From an uncultured Chlamydiales bacterium (GTDB lineage Bacteria > Chlamydiota > Chlamydiia > Chlamydiales > Rhabdochlamydiaceae), in contig OY969554.1 in the NCBI GenBank assembly GCA_963700985.1, positions 896,001-960,000 of the forward strand: 64,000 bases of DNA, read 5' to 3'. The first letter of the stretch is position 1. Each line of letters starts with the position of its first letter. This document shows, one piece after another, positions 29,297 to 39,304 of the stretch. The position numbers and the translations under genes were made by a program. The notes below the pieces were generated by a model, which made no database searches, was not told the DNA's origin, and saw only the letters and a list, made by a program, of their open reading frames with translations.

Positions 29297-32200
29297 ATGG
29301 TTAACGGTAACCCCATGACTGCCTGGTCTGCCCGAAAGGCTGTATTTTCACTCGCGCTGATGAGCATCCCTGCATGGGCGTATAGCGACTGCGGCGGTAC
29401 TGCTACTACATGGACTGGAACCGGCACGGACATAAATTGGACTACCACGGGGAATTGGAGTTCGACAAGTTCCCTTTGCTTTCCGAATAATCCGGCCGAT
29501 ATCGCTATTTTCCCCTCCACTGGTCAGACAACCGTAACCCAAAATGCCGGGGTTATCGAATTGGATCAGATCCAATTTCAGGTAGGCGGTTATACCCTTA
29601 ATAGTGGCACGGGCACGAACACCATTACTTTTCCATCAGCTTCCACCACCCCTGGCATCTCGATTTCGACTTCAGCTACGGCAAGCGAAACGATCAATGT
29701 GCCCCTTCTTGTGAATAACAGTGCCACCCAAATTCTAATTAATGCAGGCAGTGGAAACACTGGCACGTTAAATTTTGGTGATGATGTAACAGTAACGAGC
29801 GCTGGATTGTCTATTCCCAACCAAGGAAATCCAAACGTCGTTAACTTTAACGGAAATCTCAACCTCAATTCGAGCACGTTATCGAGCTCCAACGCGACTA
29901 ATTATGCATCTTTTTCTTCGACGGGAACTCTCGTTAATGTTGCAACAGCCCTGACTGTTGGCAGCGGCAATACGGTCACAAACACGAATACCGGAAATAT
30001 CTCTGGCGGATCTTCGGGAGGCGGAACAGGGAGTGAATTTGTAGGCACAGGCATTATCACGATCAGCGGAGGCAGTGTCACTAACAGCAACCAGGGCACG
30101 ATCACAACAGGTAGTTCGACTACAACAAGTTCTACTGGTGCTACTTTAGGATCAAGAGCTGGGTTAACGATCACTTCGGGATCTTTGATCAATCAAAATA
30201 CCGGTGCGGTTAGTGGCATAACGGCAGGAAGCGAGACGAATGTCGGTGGCACTATTGCTGTTTTGGGTGCATTCAATAGCGCTGGGGCTTTTTCTCAAAT
30301 AAATAGCGGGATCATCACTGCCGGAGCCGTCGGGTGTGAGGCCTTCTCAACAGGAGATATTAACATTACGGGCGGCACTTTTTTCATTCAGAATCAGAGT
30401 TCAATTACAGATGCGACCGGAAATGAACTAGTTAGCCAGGGTGCATTCACAATGAGCGCTGGCACCTATACGCAGATAAATAGCAGCAGTGTTACTACGG
30501 GTGTTTCTGCACCAAGCGTAGGAATTGGTTGCAACTTGCAAGCCACAAGCATAAGCGTCTCTGGTGGAACACTCACGAACTCGAATACGGGCGCCATTTC
30601 TACAACACCCTCCGCAACTCCTTCGACGGGAAGCGTAATTTTAGCTGACACGATAGCTATCAGTGGCACTGCAATCGTCACAAATAATGCGAGTACGAAT
30701 AGTGTAGATGCAAATAGCTTTGGAACTCTTATTCAAGGTGGGACTTCCATCAATATTAGCGGCAACGGCCAACTTATCGCAAATAATAATGCGAGTAACG
30801 GCCTGCAAGACATGGTTCAAAGTAATGCGATAAATGTGAATAGCGGCGGAACTTTATCGGGAACAGGCCTTTACGCTGGAGCCAATGCTGGATCGACAAC
30901 TCCACTGGCCACTACAACAGTGACGAATGCGGGCACCGTGGAACCCTATAGTGGCACAACCCCTGGAACAATGACGATCAATGGCACGTATTCCCAGACC
31001 GGAACCCTCATAATCGATCTTTTTAATACCTCTACGTTCTCCCAGCTAAATGTGACTGGGAGCGGCACTACCACACTAGGCGGAGTTCTAGATGTTGATT
31101 TCGTGGCTGGAAACACCGTGCAAAGCGGAGATTCTTTTACGATCGTACAAGCAGGGGCAGCAAATACGCTGTCGGGCACATTTTCTAGCTACATTTACAA
31201 CAATCTTCCATCACTTTTGATCCCGAATATCAATTACACAGAGGGACTAAATGGGAATGTCAATCTGTCTTTTACTGCTTGCACTCAAAATAAGACCTGG
31301 GCCGGGTTGGGAACACCAAACGACACTTGGTCGAATGCATTAAATTGGAGTCCTAACTGTATTCCCAATGGTGTAACGGACATTGCTACTTTTGCAGGGA
31401 GCAGTCCATTAACAATTACTCAGGACCTCGGGGGCATCACCCTAGAAGAAATTAGCTTTACCAATGGAAATTATACCATAAATGGCCCATCCCCTGACTC
31501 GATTACGTTTTCAAACAATCCTTCTTTCTTAACGATCGCACCTCCCACCACGGCATCATCACTGACGGAAACAATCAATGTTCCAGTAATCATAGATTCG
31601 CTTTCGGCATCGATAAATATCAATTCAGGCTCCGGTCAGACAGGCACCTTAACATTTGGTGGCAATGTAACGATCAACGATGGTTCTGCGCCTGGCGCCA
31701 CGCTGACTGTTACCAATCAAGGCAACCCTCTGGCAGTCAACTTTTCAGGAACAAATCTGACTATCGATCAAGGCGTCCTATCGAATATCAACGGCTCTTC
31801 ATTCAGCGGTCTGACAGGCAGCACAGTTACTGTCATAACTCCGGTTGTAAGCGTCGGGGTAAACAGCAGCTTAAACAATGAAAATCTGAATTCTGCCGCC
31901 ATCTCATCAAGCGGTAATGGAGCAGAGTTTTTTTTCAGCAACCCTTTAACGATTAATGGCGGGGATGTCACAAATAGCAATGCAGGTGCAATTACTACTT
32001 CATCTACCGGCAGCCAAATTCGCGCTCCGAGTTTGTCCATAAGCTCCGGCAGTTTGATCAATTCCAATTCTGGAGTGATTACCGACAGCAGTTTCGGCAG
32101 CGTAATTCTTTTAGCTAGCACGCTTTCCATCACAGGCGGTGAGGTCACAAACCTCGATACTGGTTCCGGTTCGGCAGATGCGACAAGTGCAGGAAGTTTC

Positions 32201-35200
32201 ATCTCTGCTCCAACAATCAGTGTAGGATCGCCAAGTGGAACACTGCTCAATAATGACAAGGTTCAAGCCACTACGATAACTGTAAATAGCGGGGGCACAT
32301 TATCTGGAATAGGCACCTATACTGCTTCTGGCAGCGTTAACAACGGTGGAACCGTGTCACCCTTCGATGGCACTTCGCCTGGGGTAATGACGATTGATGG
32401 ATCTTATACCCAAACAGGCACTCTTCTCATCGATCTTTTAAGCACCTCCACCTTCTCACAGTTAAATATGACTGGGAACGGCACTACCACACTAGGCGGC
32501 ATTCTAGATGTTGATTTTTTAGCTGGAAACACCGTGCAAAGCGGAGATTCTTTCACAATTGTGCAAGCTGGTCCGTCAAATACACTTGCGGGCACATTCT
32601 CCAACACCGTTTACAACAACCTTCCATCATTCTTGTCCCCGCATATTAATTACATTGAAGGTCTAAACGGAAATGTCAGCCTGCTTTTTACAAGTTGTGC
32701 CGGCAGCGCGACATGGGCAGGATTGGGAACACCGAACGACATATGGTCAGATACATTAAATTGGAATCCTAACTGTGTGCCTGATGGCACAACGGACACG
32801 GCCGCTTTTGCAGGCAGTAGTCCATTAACAATTACTCAGGATGTCGGTGCCATCACCTTAGAAGAAATTAGCTTTACTAACGGCGATTATACTATAAACG
32901 GCTCATCTGCCAACTCGATTACGTTTTCAAATAATCCCTCGCTCTTAACGATCGTGCCCCCAACTACGACATCCTCTCTGACGGAAACAATCAATGTTCC
33001 CGTAATTATAGACTCGCTTTCAACGTCGATTAATATCAATTCGGGCGCAGGTCAGACCGGCACCTTAACGTTTGGAAACGATGTAACGATCAACGATGGT
33101 TCTGCACCTGGCGCCACGCTGACTGTTACCAATCAAGGCAATCCGAATGTAGTCAATTTTTCAGGTACAACTCTGACCATCAATCAAGGCTTCCTATCTA
33201 GCACAAACACCTTTTCATATAGCGCTGTGACAGGTAGCACAGTGAATGTCACTCCTAGCGTAAGCATAGGAACAAACAGCAGTTTAGAAAACATAAATTT
33301 AAATTCAGCGGCTATCTCATCCGGAGGCATCGGAACGCGGCTTTTTTTTGATAGTCCTTTAACGATTAGTGGTGGGGATGTCACAAACAGCAATGCGGGT
33401 GCGATTAGCACTGCAGCTTTTGGCAGTCAGCTTCAAGCTTCGAGTTTGAGCATAAGTTCTGGAACTTTGACCAATTCAAATTCAGGAGCAGTCACCGATA
33501 TTAACAGTATCGGCAGCGAAGTTCTTTTAGGAAGCACGCTTTCCATCACAGGAGGTCAGGTAAATAACTTCGATACTGGTTCTGTTGATACTACGACCAG
33601 CATAGGAAGTTTAATCATCGCTCCGACGATTGATATAGGATCTCCAAGTGGAACACTTCTCAACAATGATACAGTTCAAAGCACTACGATAAACGTAAAT
33701 AGTGGAGGCACGCTATCTGGAACAGGCACGTATGCAGTTTCTGACGCCGTTAACAACGGCGGAACCGTGTTTCCTTTCGATGGCACCTCACCTGGAATCA
33801 TGACGATCAGTGGGTCTTACACCCAGACAGGCACGCTTCAAGTCGATCTTTTAAACACCTCCACTTTCTCGCAATTAAATCTGATGGGAACTGGCGCGAC
33901 TACTTTAGGTGGAACCTTAGACATTGATTTCTTAGCTGGAAATACTGTGCAGGCTGGAGAGGCATTTTCGGTTGTGCAAACGGGTTCTACAAACGACCTA
34001 TCTGGAACATTCGGCACGCTGCTTTTTGAGAACCTCCCTCCGAGTTTAGTGCCGCACGTTCAGTATATCCATGGGCTCAATGGCGAGGTCCTTCTAAGCT
34101 TTACAACAACGATGGCAGGGCCAACTCTCCCTCCAAGCTATGCTGGCGGGTATCTCGAAACGCTTTTGTCGAATATCAACCATATCAATTCGCACATCGG
34201 ACTGCGTTGTGAAGAGCTCCGCAGGCACTTGGCTTCACATAAAAAAGCTGCCCCCGAGCCACTCTCCCCTCCACAAAAAAAAATTGCAACTTGGGATTGG
34301 CACCGCTGGTTTTCAGCAGCTAAGCCAGAATCTTTTTCAATCCAACACACAACTTCGAAGGCAGACAACACCCTCGCAATGCTGCCACAGAAAAAAGAAA
34401 AAGTAGAACAACTTCGGCGCGAAGTTCCAAAAGAGCCAAAAGAGTGGCCTGGAAACTTTTATTTTGGAGCAACTGGTAGAGAGGGCGATCTGCATACACG
34501 AGACGATCAGCCCGGCCTAAGTTACTGGTCGGCAGGTGCGCTAGCTGGCTTTGATTACGCCTTTTCGCAAGCAGGCTTAGGCTTCATCGCCAACTATGAA
34601 AGGCTTGATGCCCATGCACACCAACATTGGGGAAAAATCACCAGTGACGAACTGCACGCAAGCCTCTACTCCACATACTCCCCCGCACGCGTACCTGAGC
34701 TCGCATTAAACGGCATTGTAGGAGGAGGCTATGAGTGGTATCACATCGACCGCAATACCGGCACACCCGCCGATAAACATGTCGCCACAGGAAAACCTCA
34801 TGCCATCGCCTTAGACGCGCTCTTTGGTATCGAATATGCTCTTGTAAAACGACGCAACAAGATACCAACTGGGTTTGAACTCGTCCCAATGGCTTCGGTT
34901 CAATACGTCTATCTGCGCGCAGATGGCTATAAAGAGCACCATGCAGGCATATTTGATATGCGTGTAGAGCACCAAAAAATCAAATCACTGCGTTCGGGTT
35001 TAGGATTACGCCTGAACCACACTTGTGAAGGAAAAAACGTCACTTTCGTGCCAGAGATCTACGGCGAGTGGCAAAGAGAATTCCTGAACAAACACCGTCA
35101 TATTCGTTTCACACCTGTCGAATTTGATGTATCAAGCGAGACACTTGTAATGCCTGGCTCAGGCCGCAACATTGCGCTGGCTGGTGTCGATCTGCTACTT

Positions 35201-35302
35201 ACCTTTTACAAGCGCTTTGGCATCGAGGGAAGTTATGAGTTCGAATATAATAGCCTCTACCATGACCACTTCGCCTATTTCGGTTTAAACGTGAGATTTT
35301 GA
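29297..35302 (+). CDS. Large type Va autotransporter with a three-module Ser/Thr/Gly/Asn-rich passenger
   Basis: Signal peptide ending AWA, beta-helix-like passenger, ~280-aa C-terminal beta-barrel ending GLNVRF. Confidence 0.9.
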   Translation: MVNGNPMTAWSARKAVFSLALMSIPAWAYSDCGGTATTWTGTGTDINWTTTGNWSSTSSLCFPNNPADIAIFPSTGQTTVTQNAGVIELDQIQFQVGGYTLNSGTGTNTITFPSASTTPGISISTSATASETINVPLLVNNSATQILINAGSGNTGTLNFGDDVTVTSAGLSIPNQGNPNVVNFNGNLNLNSSTLSSSNATNYASFSSTGTLVNVATALTVGSGNTVTNTNTGNISGGSSGGGTGSEFVGTGIITISGGSVTNSNQGTITTGSSTTTSSTGATLGSRAGLTITSGSLINQNTGAVSGITAGSETNVGGTIAVLGAFNSAGAFSQINSGIITAGAVGCEAFSTGDINITGGTFFIQNQSSITDATGNELVSQGAFTMSAGTYTQINSSSVTTGVSAPSVGIGCNLQATSISVSGGTLTNSNTGAISTTPSATPSTGSVILADTIAISGTAIVTNNASTNSVDANSFGTLIQGGTSINISGNGQLIANNNASNGLQDMVQSNAINVNSGGTLSGTGLYAGANAGSTTPLATTTVTNAGTVEPYSGTTPGTMTINGTYSQTGTLIIDLFNTSTFSQLNVTGSGTTTLGGVLDVDFVAGNTVQSGDSFTIVQAGAANTLSGTFSSYIYNNLPSLLIPNINYTEGLNGNVNLSFTACTQNKTWAGLGTPNDTWSNALNWSPNCIPNGVTDIATFAGSSPLTITQDLGGITLEEISFTNGNYTINGPSPDSITFSNNPSFLTIAPPTTASSLTETINVPVIIDSLSASININSGSGQTGTLTFGGNVTINDGSAPGATLTVTNQGNPLAVNFSGTNLTIDQGVLSNINGSSFSGLTGSTVTVITPVVSVGVNSSLNNENLNSAAISSSGNGAEFFFSNPLTINGGDVTNSNAGAITTSSTGSQIRAPSLSISSGSLINSNSGVITDSSFGSVILLASTLSITGGEVTNLDTGSGSADATSAGSFISAPTISVGSPSGTLLNNDKVQATTITVNSGGTLSGIGTYTASGSVNNGGTVSPFDGTSPGVMTIDGSYTQTGTLLIDLLSTSTFSQLNMTGNGTTTLGGILDVDFLAGNTVQSGDSFTIVQAGPSNTLAGTFSNTVYNNLPSFLSPHINYIEGLNGNVSLLFTSCAGSATWAGLGTPNDIWSDTLNWNPNCVPDGTTDTAAFAGSSPLTITQDVGAITLEEISFTNGDYTINGSSANSITFSNNPSLLTIVPPTTTSSLTETINVPVIIDSLSTSININSGAGQTGTLTFGNDVTINDGSAPGATLTVTNQGNPNVVNFSGTTLTINQGFLSSTNTFSYSAVTGSTVNVTPSVSIGTNSSLENINLNSAAISSGGIGTRLFFDSPLTISGGDVTNSNAGAISTAAFGSQLQASSLSISSGTLTNSNSGAVTDINSIGSEVLLGSTLSITGGQVNNFDTGSVDTTTSIGSLIIAPTIDIGSPSGTLLNNDTVQSTTINVNSGGTLSGTGTYAVSDAVNNGGTVFPFDGTSPGIMTISGSYTQTGTLQVDLLNTSTFSQLNLMGTGATTLGGTLDIDFLAGNTVQAGEAFSVVQTGSTNDLSGTFGTLLFENLPPSLVPHVQYIHGLNGEVLLSFTTTMAGPTLPPSYAGGYLETLLSNINHINSHIGLRCEELRRHLASHKKAAPEPLSPPQKKIATWDWHRWFSAAKPESFSIQHTTSKADNTLAMLPQKKEKVEQLRREVPKEPKEWPGNFYFGATGREGDLHTRDDQPGLSYWSAGALAGFDYAFSQAGLGFIANYERLDAHAHQHWGKITSDELHASLYSTYSPARVPELALNGIVGGGYEWYHIDRNTGTPADKHVATGKPHAIALDALFGIEYALVKRRNKIPTGFELVPMASVQYVYLRADGYKEHHAGIFDMRVEHQKIKSLRSGLGLRLNHTCEGKNVTFVPEIYGEWQREFLNKHRHIRFTPVEFDVSSETLVMPGSGRNIALAGVDLLLTFYKRFGIEGSYEFEYNSLYHDHFAYFGLNVRF
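31244..34100 (+). repeat. Two tandem ~1.41-kb (471-472 codon) intragenic repeats; a third, longer and more diverged unit precedes them (about 29411-31297)
   Basis: WAGLGTPND at 31298 and 32714 (1416 nt apart); GLNG at 31244, 32660 and 34073. Confidence 0.85.
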
Positions 35303-35409
35303 CCTTTCAGAGGATGTATAAACTAGGCAAGCTTTTGCCTGGGCTTATTTTCCAGATCTACTTTAATATCTATTTTCAATGTTCAAGCTTGCACTAGGAG
35401 AAATGACAT

Positions 35410-36162
35410 ATGGCGCAGAAAAGACTTCAAAATAAAGTAGCTCTTATTACCGGAGGCTCCCGAGGAATAGGTGCAGCTATTGCAAAGCAATTTGCCAAGG
35501 AAGGCTGTCATGTTGCAATCAGCTTTGCTAAGTCTAAAGATAAAGCCATCGCTTTAGTCAAGGAACTCGAGAAAGAAGGAGTCAAGGCTCTCGCGCTGCA
35601 AGCAGATCAAAGCAATCCATCACAAGTGAGAACGCTTGTCCAAAAAGTGGGTGAGCATTTTGGAAGAATTGACATTCTAGTCAATAATGCAGGCATTTAC
35701 TCCGGAGGCTCCATCGATGACCCTCAGCTTGACGTTGATGGAATCACAAGACAACTTGCAGTGAATGTAATAGGGGTTTTCACAGCAACACACGCTGCAG
35801 TTGCATTTATGAAAGAAAATGGACGCATTATCATCATAGGCTCCATCAATGGAGAGCGCATGACCATTTCTGGAGGAGCTGATTATGCAGCTACAAAAGC
35901 CGCTCTTGTTGGATATACACATGGTTGGGCAAGAGACCTTGGCCCCAAAAATATCACGGTGAATCTCGTGCAGCCCGGCCCTATCGATACAGACATGAAT
36001 CCCGACAACACAGAATTTGCTGAGCTGATGAAAAAAAACGTGGCTTTGGGACGTTATGGCAAGCCAGAAGAGATCGCCTCTGCAGTTACCTTTTTGGCGA
36101 GCCAAGAAGCTTCATACATCACAGGTGCTACACTTACTGTCGATGGCGGTTTTTTAGCCTGA
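35410..36162 (+). CDS. Short-chain dehydrogenase/reductase (paralog of 28373..29128)
   Basis: TGGSRGIG, NNAG, YAATK, QPGPIDTD. Confidence 0.9.
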   Translation: MAQKRLQNKVALITGGSRGIGAAIAKQFAKEGCHVAISFAKSKDKAIALVKELEKEGVKALALQADQSNPSQVRTLVQKVGEHFGRIDILVNNAGIYSGGSIDDPQLDVDGITRQLAVNVIGVFTATHAAVAFMKENGRIIIIGSINGERMTISGGADYAATKAALVGYTHGWARDLGPKNITVNLVQPGPIDTDMNPDNTEFAELMKKNVALGRYGKPEEIASAVTFLASQEASYITGATLTVDGGFLA

Positions 36163-36321
36163 CGCTTTAGTTCTTCTTTAGTGAATTATGGCTTATTAAC
36201 CTATTTTTAGCAGCCCATGCCACTACGGGTCTTTGGGTTTGAATTTAAACTTAAACTTTAGCATCTTTTCTCATCTATAAAGCACACGATTAGCGTATGA
36301 CTTGAACCCTGTGAGAAACAA

Positions 36322-37491
36322 ATGGCAGCCATATCTTCAATATCCAGATTTCGTGAAACGCCTCAAGCTGAGAGCAGAGAGAATTGGAAATCCATAGCAA
36401 CATATCATGCTCAGACAACCTTCCAGGAAAAAATTTGTCGAGTAGGGAATATAGCCATATTAGGCCCAGCCTTGTATGGCGTCTATTCATGTTTGACTGG
36501 GCCCATGGGAGCCATAGCTTATGTAGGAATTGCGCTAGCTGCCCGAAAGGTTGCCTCAACGGTAATTGGATATTGCGTCTACCCCGCTGCTCTCACCTCA
36601 ATGCAATGTGGCGAGAAAAGATCTCTGCAAAAGATGGGTCAACAGCAAATCCAAGCCCTGAGAGATGAAGGCTTTTTTTGTAAAAAAATCACCTTGTATA
36701 AATCAGGAACAAAATATTCCGCAGTCCTTGCCGGTCATTCTTCAACGATTAATAACGGTAAGTGGACGGTTCAAGCTCTAGGCAATATGATGACTATGGA
36801 GCCGCGGATTAAATTCTATGCAAAAAGAAATGCCGAAAATAGAGAGAGCAATACACTGCTGATAAATGGTCCCTCGGTTAGCGCAAGTGGAGGATGGCCG
36901 ACTCGCTACCAAATGGGAGCCGGATTTGAGGCAGGTATTCAATTCCTAGAAAAAAAAGTTCGCGCGACCCACATTGCAATGCGCGGCATTTCTTTGGGTG
37001 GGGGCATGATGGCTGAGGCCATTTTAAACCACGATTTTTCAACAGGACAAACAAAGAAAATTCGCTACTTGTCAATCTCTCACTGCACATTCAGCCGACT
37101 CTCTACGATTGTTGAAAGCATTGTGGGCCCAATCGCTGCTCCGATTTTTTATATAACCGACACCGAACTCGATGGAATTGGGGCAGCAAAAAAACTCAGT
37201 CAGTTAAATATTCGCCAGATCATTATTCAAGGTATTCAGGGCAGCGACGACGTAATCCCCGACAGCGTTTCTTTAGCGCATGCATTGCACCAAAAAAGGC
37301 GCCTTCCCCATAAAGTCTTTCTTGAATCCGCTAACATCTCGCATGATGAAGAACTGCCCAGGGATATTAAAACTGCTCTTAATCGTGAAATATGTAACTT
37401 TTTTGACGAGACAAGCTCCCCCAAATCTTACTTAAGTCAGTCCACGTCTCGCATAATGAGCGCCATCAAATGGCTATTGCGAATGCGTTAG
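36322..37491 (+). CDS. Chlamydial alpha/beta hydrolase-fold protein (CPn0927/CPn0928-like)
   Basis: GISLGG nucleophile elbow, DDVIP Asp, ISHD His; hydrophobic N-terminal segment. Confidence 0.7.
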   Translation: MAAISSISRFRETPQAESRENWKSIATYHAQTTFQEKICRVGNIAILGPALYGVYSCLTGPMGAIAYVGIALAARKVASTVIGYCVYPAALTSMQCGEKRSLQKMGQQQIQALRDEGFFCKKITLYKSGTKYSAVLAGHSSTINNGKWTVQALGNMMTMEPRIKFYAKRNAENRESNTLLINGPSVSASGGWPTRYQMGAGFEAGIQFLEKKVRATHIAMRGISLGGGMMAEAILNHDFSTGQTKKIRYLSISHCTFSRLSTIVESIVGPIAAPIFYITDTELDGIGAAKKLSQLNIRQIIIQGIQGSDDVIPDSVSLAHALHQKRRLPHKVFLESANISHDEELPRDIKTALNREICNFFDETSSPKSYLSQSTSRIMSAIKWLLRMR

Positions 37492-37530
37492 ACGTCTTCT
37501 CCATGGAAATAGCGAATTATCAATTGGCAG

Positions 37531-39081
37531 TTATTCTTCGACTTCAAGCTCTTCGGGTGCTTCTATTGCGGGAGCTTCTAGGCGGAAAAGGTTGTGACGC
37601 CAGAAAGCAGGAAGAATAGGATCTTTACTTGGCTGCTTTAACATGGGGTTGGAAAGAATGATCGCGCCCCACGTTGTCTCGCCATCGCCGAAGTCGACCT
37701 TGACATTGAGAACGGGCTTTTTAGGTGAGTTTTTGAACTGCATTTCAATGCCTTGTTCATCTCTGTATTCTGGGAATTTTCTGTGCGCGGCTCGCGCTTC
37801 GCGAATACGATTCCAAATTTCTTCAGTCTGAGTTGGTCGGCGTGTCCTACCTATGTCGTTATTATTGATCGCGCCACCCGAGAGAAGGACGTGAGCGTGA
37901 TCATATACGCTATGATATTTTAAGGTTTTTTCGTTCAGTCTGGCAAAAAGTTCAACTGAAAGCTGCATGAGGGCTTTCATCACAGGACGATCACCATTGA
38001 ATACTCGATCGTTGTCATCTGCGCCATGCCGCACCGTAAAATAAGGAGTGCTAATGTCCAAAGCGCTCCTTCGAAGAATAACGCCAGTAGGGACAGGCCA
38101 ACAATCTTCTGTAAGTTCAAGACCACCATTTGTGGGAGCCCAGTTGTAATTGATCGAAAGATCTCCGAGCCAGTTGGTGCCATCTTCGGAAAGTACAAAG
38201 ACTGTTTTCCCAGTCAAAACCTGAACCGAATTTTCATAAGAAGTTGGAAAGGCATAAATGCCTACGTCTCTTTCGGTTGGACGGTTGTGCTCAGCACAAC
38301 GCGACATGCGAAAGTCACTAATACGCACGCCACATGTTGAATTTGGGGTGTTATTAAATTTGCCTTGATTAAGGTTAACCAAAAGCGCATTCATCTCAGT
38401 TATGTTGCTATTGAGTTGATTATGTTGAGCAAGACCAGGCGTGCTAAAAATGAGGCTAAGAAGCCATTGCACAAACTTGCAGACGTAGTAAGCAAGACAT
38501 GAAAGCGCCTCTATGTCTTGATTAAGAGCATCCACGTCCATTTTCAACGCGTCTCGCATGCTTAGGGTTTCTTGCGCAAAGTTACTCGCCCGAAAGCAGA
38601 TATTTCTGAATTCAATCAGATTCGTCGGAGCATCTTGCTGCAAAAACTCTTTGATTTGAGCGATACGTCGGTTACTGATTTGTACCAAATGATCCCCGAC
38701 CTGGTTGTGGGTGAATCCCAAGTAGTAGGCGAGGCTATCCCAAAAGCCCTGAGGCTGTCTTGAAACAATGCTGACTCGGCCTTCATCTAAGACTAGAACC
38801 TTCTGAGCAACGAGCACCTTCGGAAGATATTGCATACTTTTCAGATCGCGGTATTCACGCACGCAGTTAAAAGATGCGTCTTCCTTTTCTGTAGGCGTGA
38901 GTTCACCCATGTTAAGAAGAAACCAAGGCGTCAATGTACGTTCAACAATCTGCCAGGCACGTATTCTAAGATCTTTGCATACGCTTGCAGCATTCCCGCG
39001 ATCTTTGAACGTTAAGAAACTCAAGATAGTGCCTTGTAAAGCTTGGGGCGCACCAGCGAAATTGAAACTAACTGTTGCCAT
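37531..39081 (-). CDS. Hypothetical protein with an N-terminal F-box-like motif (effector-like)
   Basis: PQALQGTILSFLTFKDRGNAASVCKDLR resembles the F-box consensus. Start placed at ATG 39081 because the upstream extension is AT-rich. Confidence 0.6.
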   Translation of the reverse strand: MATVSFNFAGAPQALQGTILSFLTFKDRGNAASVCKDLRIRAWQIVERTLTPWFLLNMGELTPTEKEDASFNCVREYRDLKSMQYLPKVLVAQKVLVLDEGRVSIVSRQPQGFWDSLAYYLGFTHNQVGDHLVQISNRRIAQIKEFLQQDAPTNLIEFRNICFRASNFAQETLSMRDALKMDVDALNQDIEALSCLAYYVCKFVQWLLSLIFSTPGLAQHNQLNSNITEMNALLVNLNQGKFNNTPNSTCGVRISDFRMSRCAEHNRPTERDVGIYAFPTSYENSVQVLTGKTVFVLSEDGTNWLGDLSINYNWAPTNGGLELTEDCWPVPTGVILRRSALDISTPYFTVRHGADDNDRVFNGDRPVMKALMQLSVELFARLNEKTLKYHSVYDHAHVLLSGGAINNNDIGRTRRPTQTEEIWNRIREARAAHRKFPEYRDEQGIEMQFKNSPKKPVLNVKVDFGDGETTWGAIILSNPMLKQPSKDPILPAFWRHNLFRLEAPAIEAPEELEVEE

Positions 39082-39304
39082 AAATCCTATAATGTTAATG
39101 CCAATTATTTTAACAAATAATTTATTAAACATAAATAATAACATTTTATTTAAAAAATAGAATTAAAATTATTTATAGTGCAGCTTGAGATTTAGAAGAA
39201 GGGCATTTTCCTGAGGGTATCTACAAACTAACGCTTAGAAATTTTGCATGGGACAATTTCTCTATTCCTGATATTTATTTCTAAAACGCACCAAAAGTTG
39301 CACT

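Noticed and set aside
29348-33411. Series of minus-strand ORFs inside the autotransporter
   Set aside because: Antisense shadows of a biased, repetitive coding sequence; no motifs or ribosome-binding sites.
29297-35302. Classical chlamydial Pmp
   Set aside because: The repeated GGA(I/L/V) and FxxN tetrapeptide pattern is not evident.
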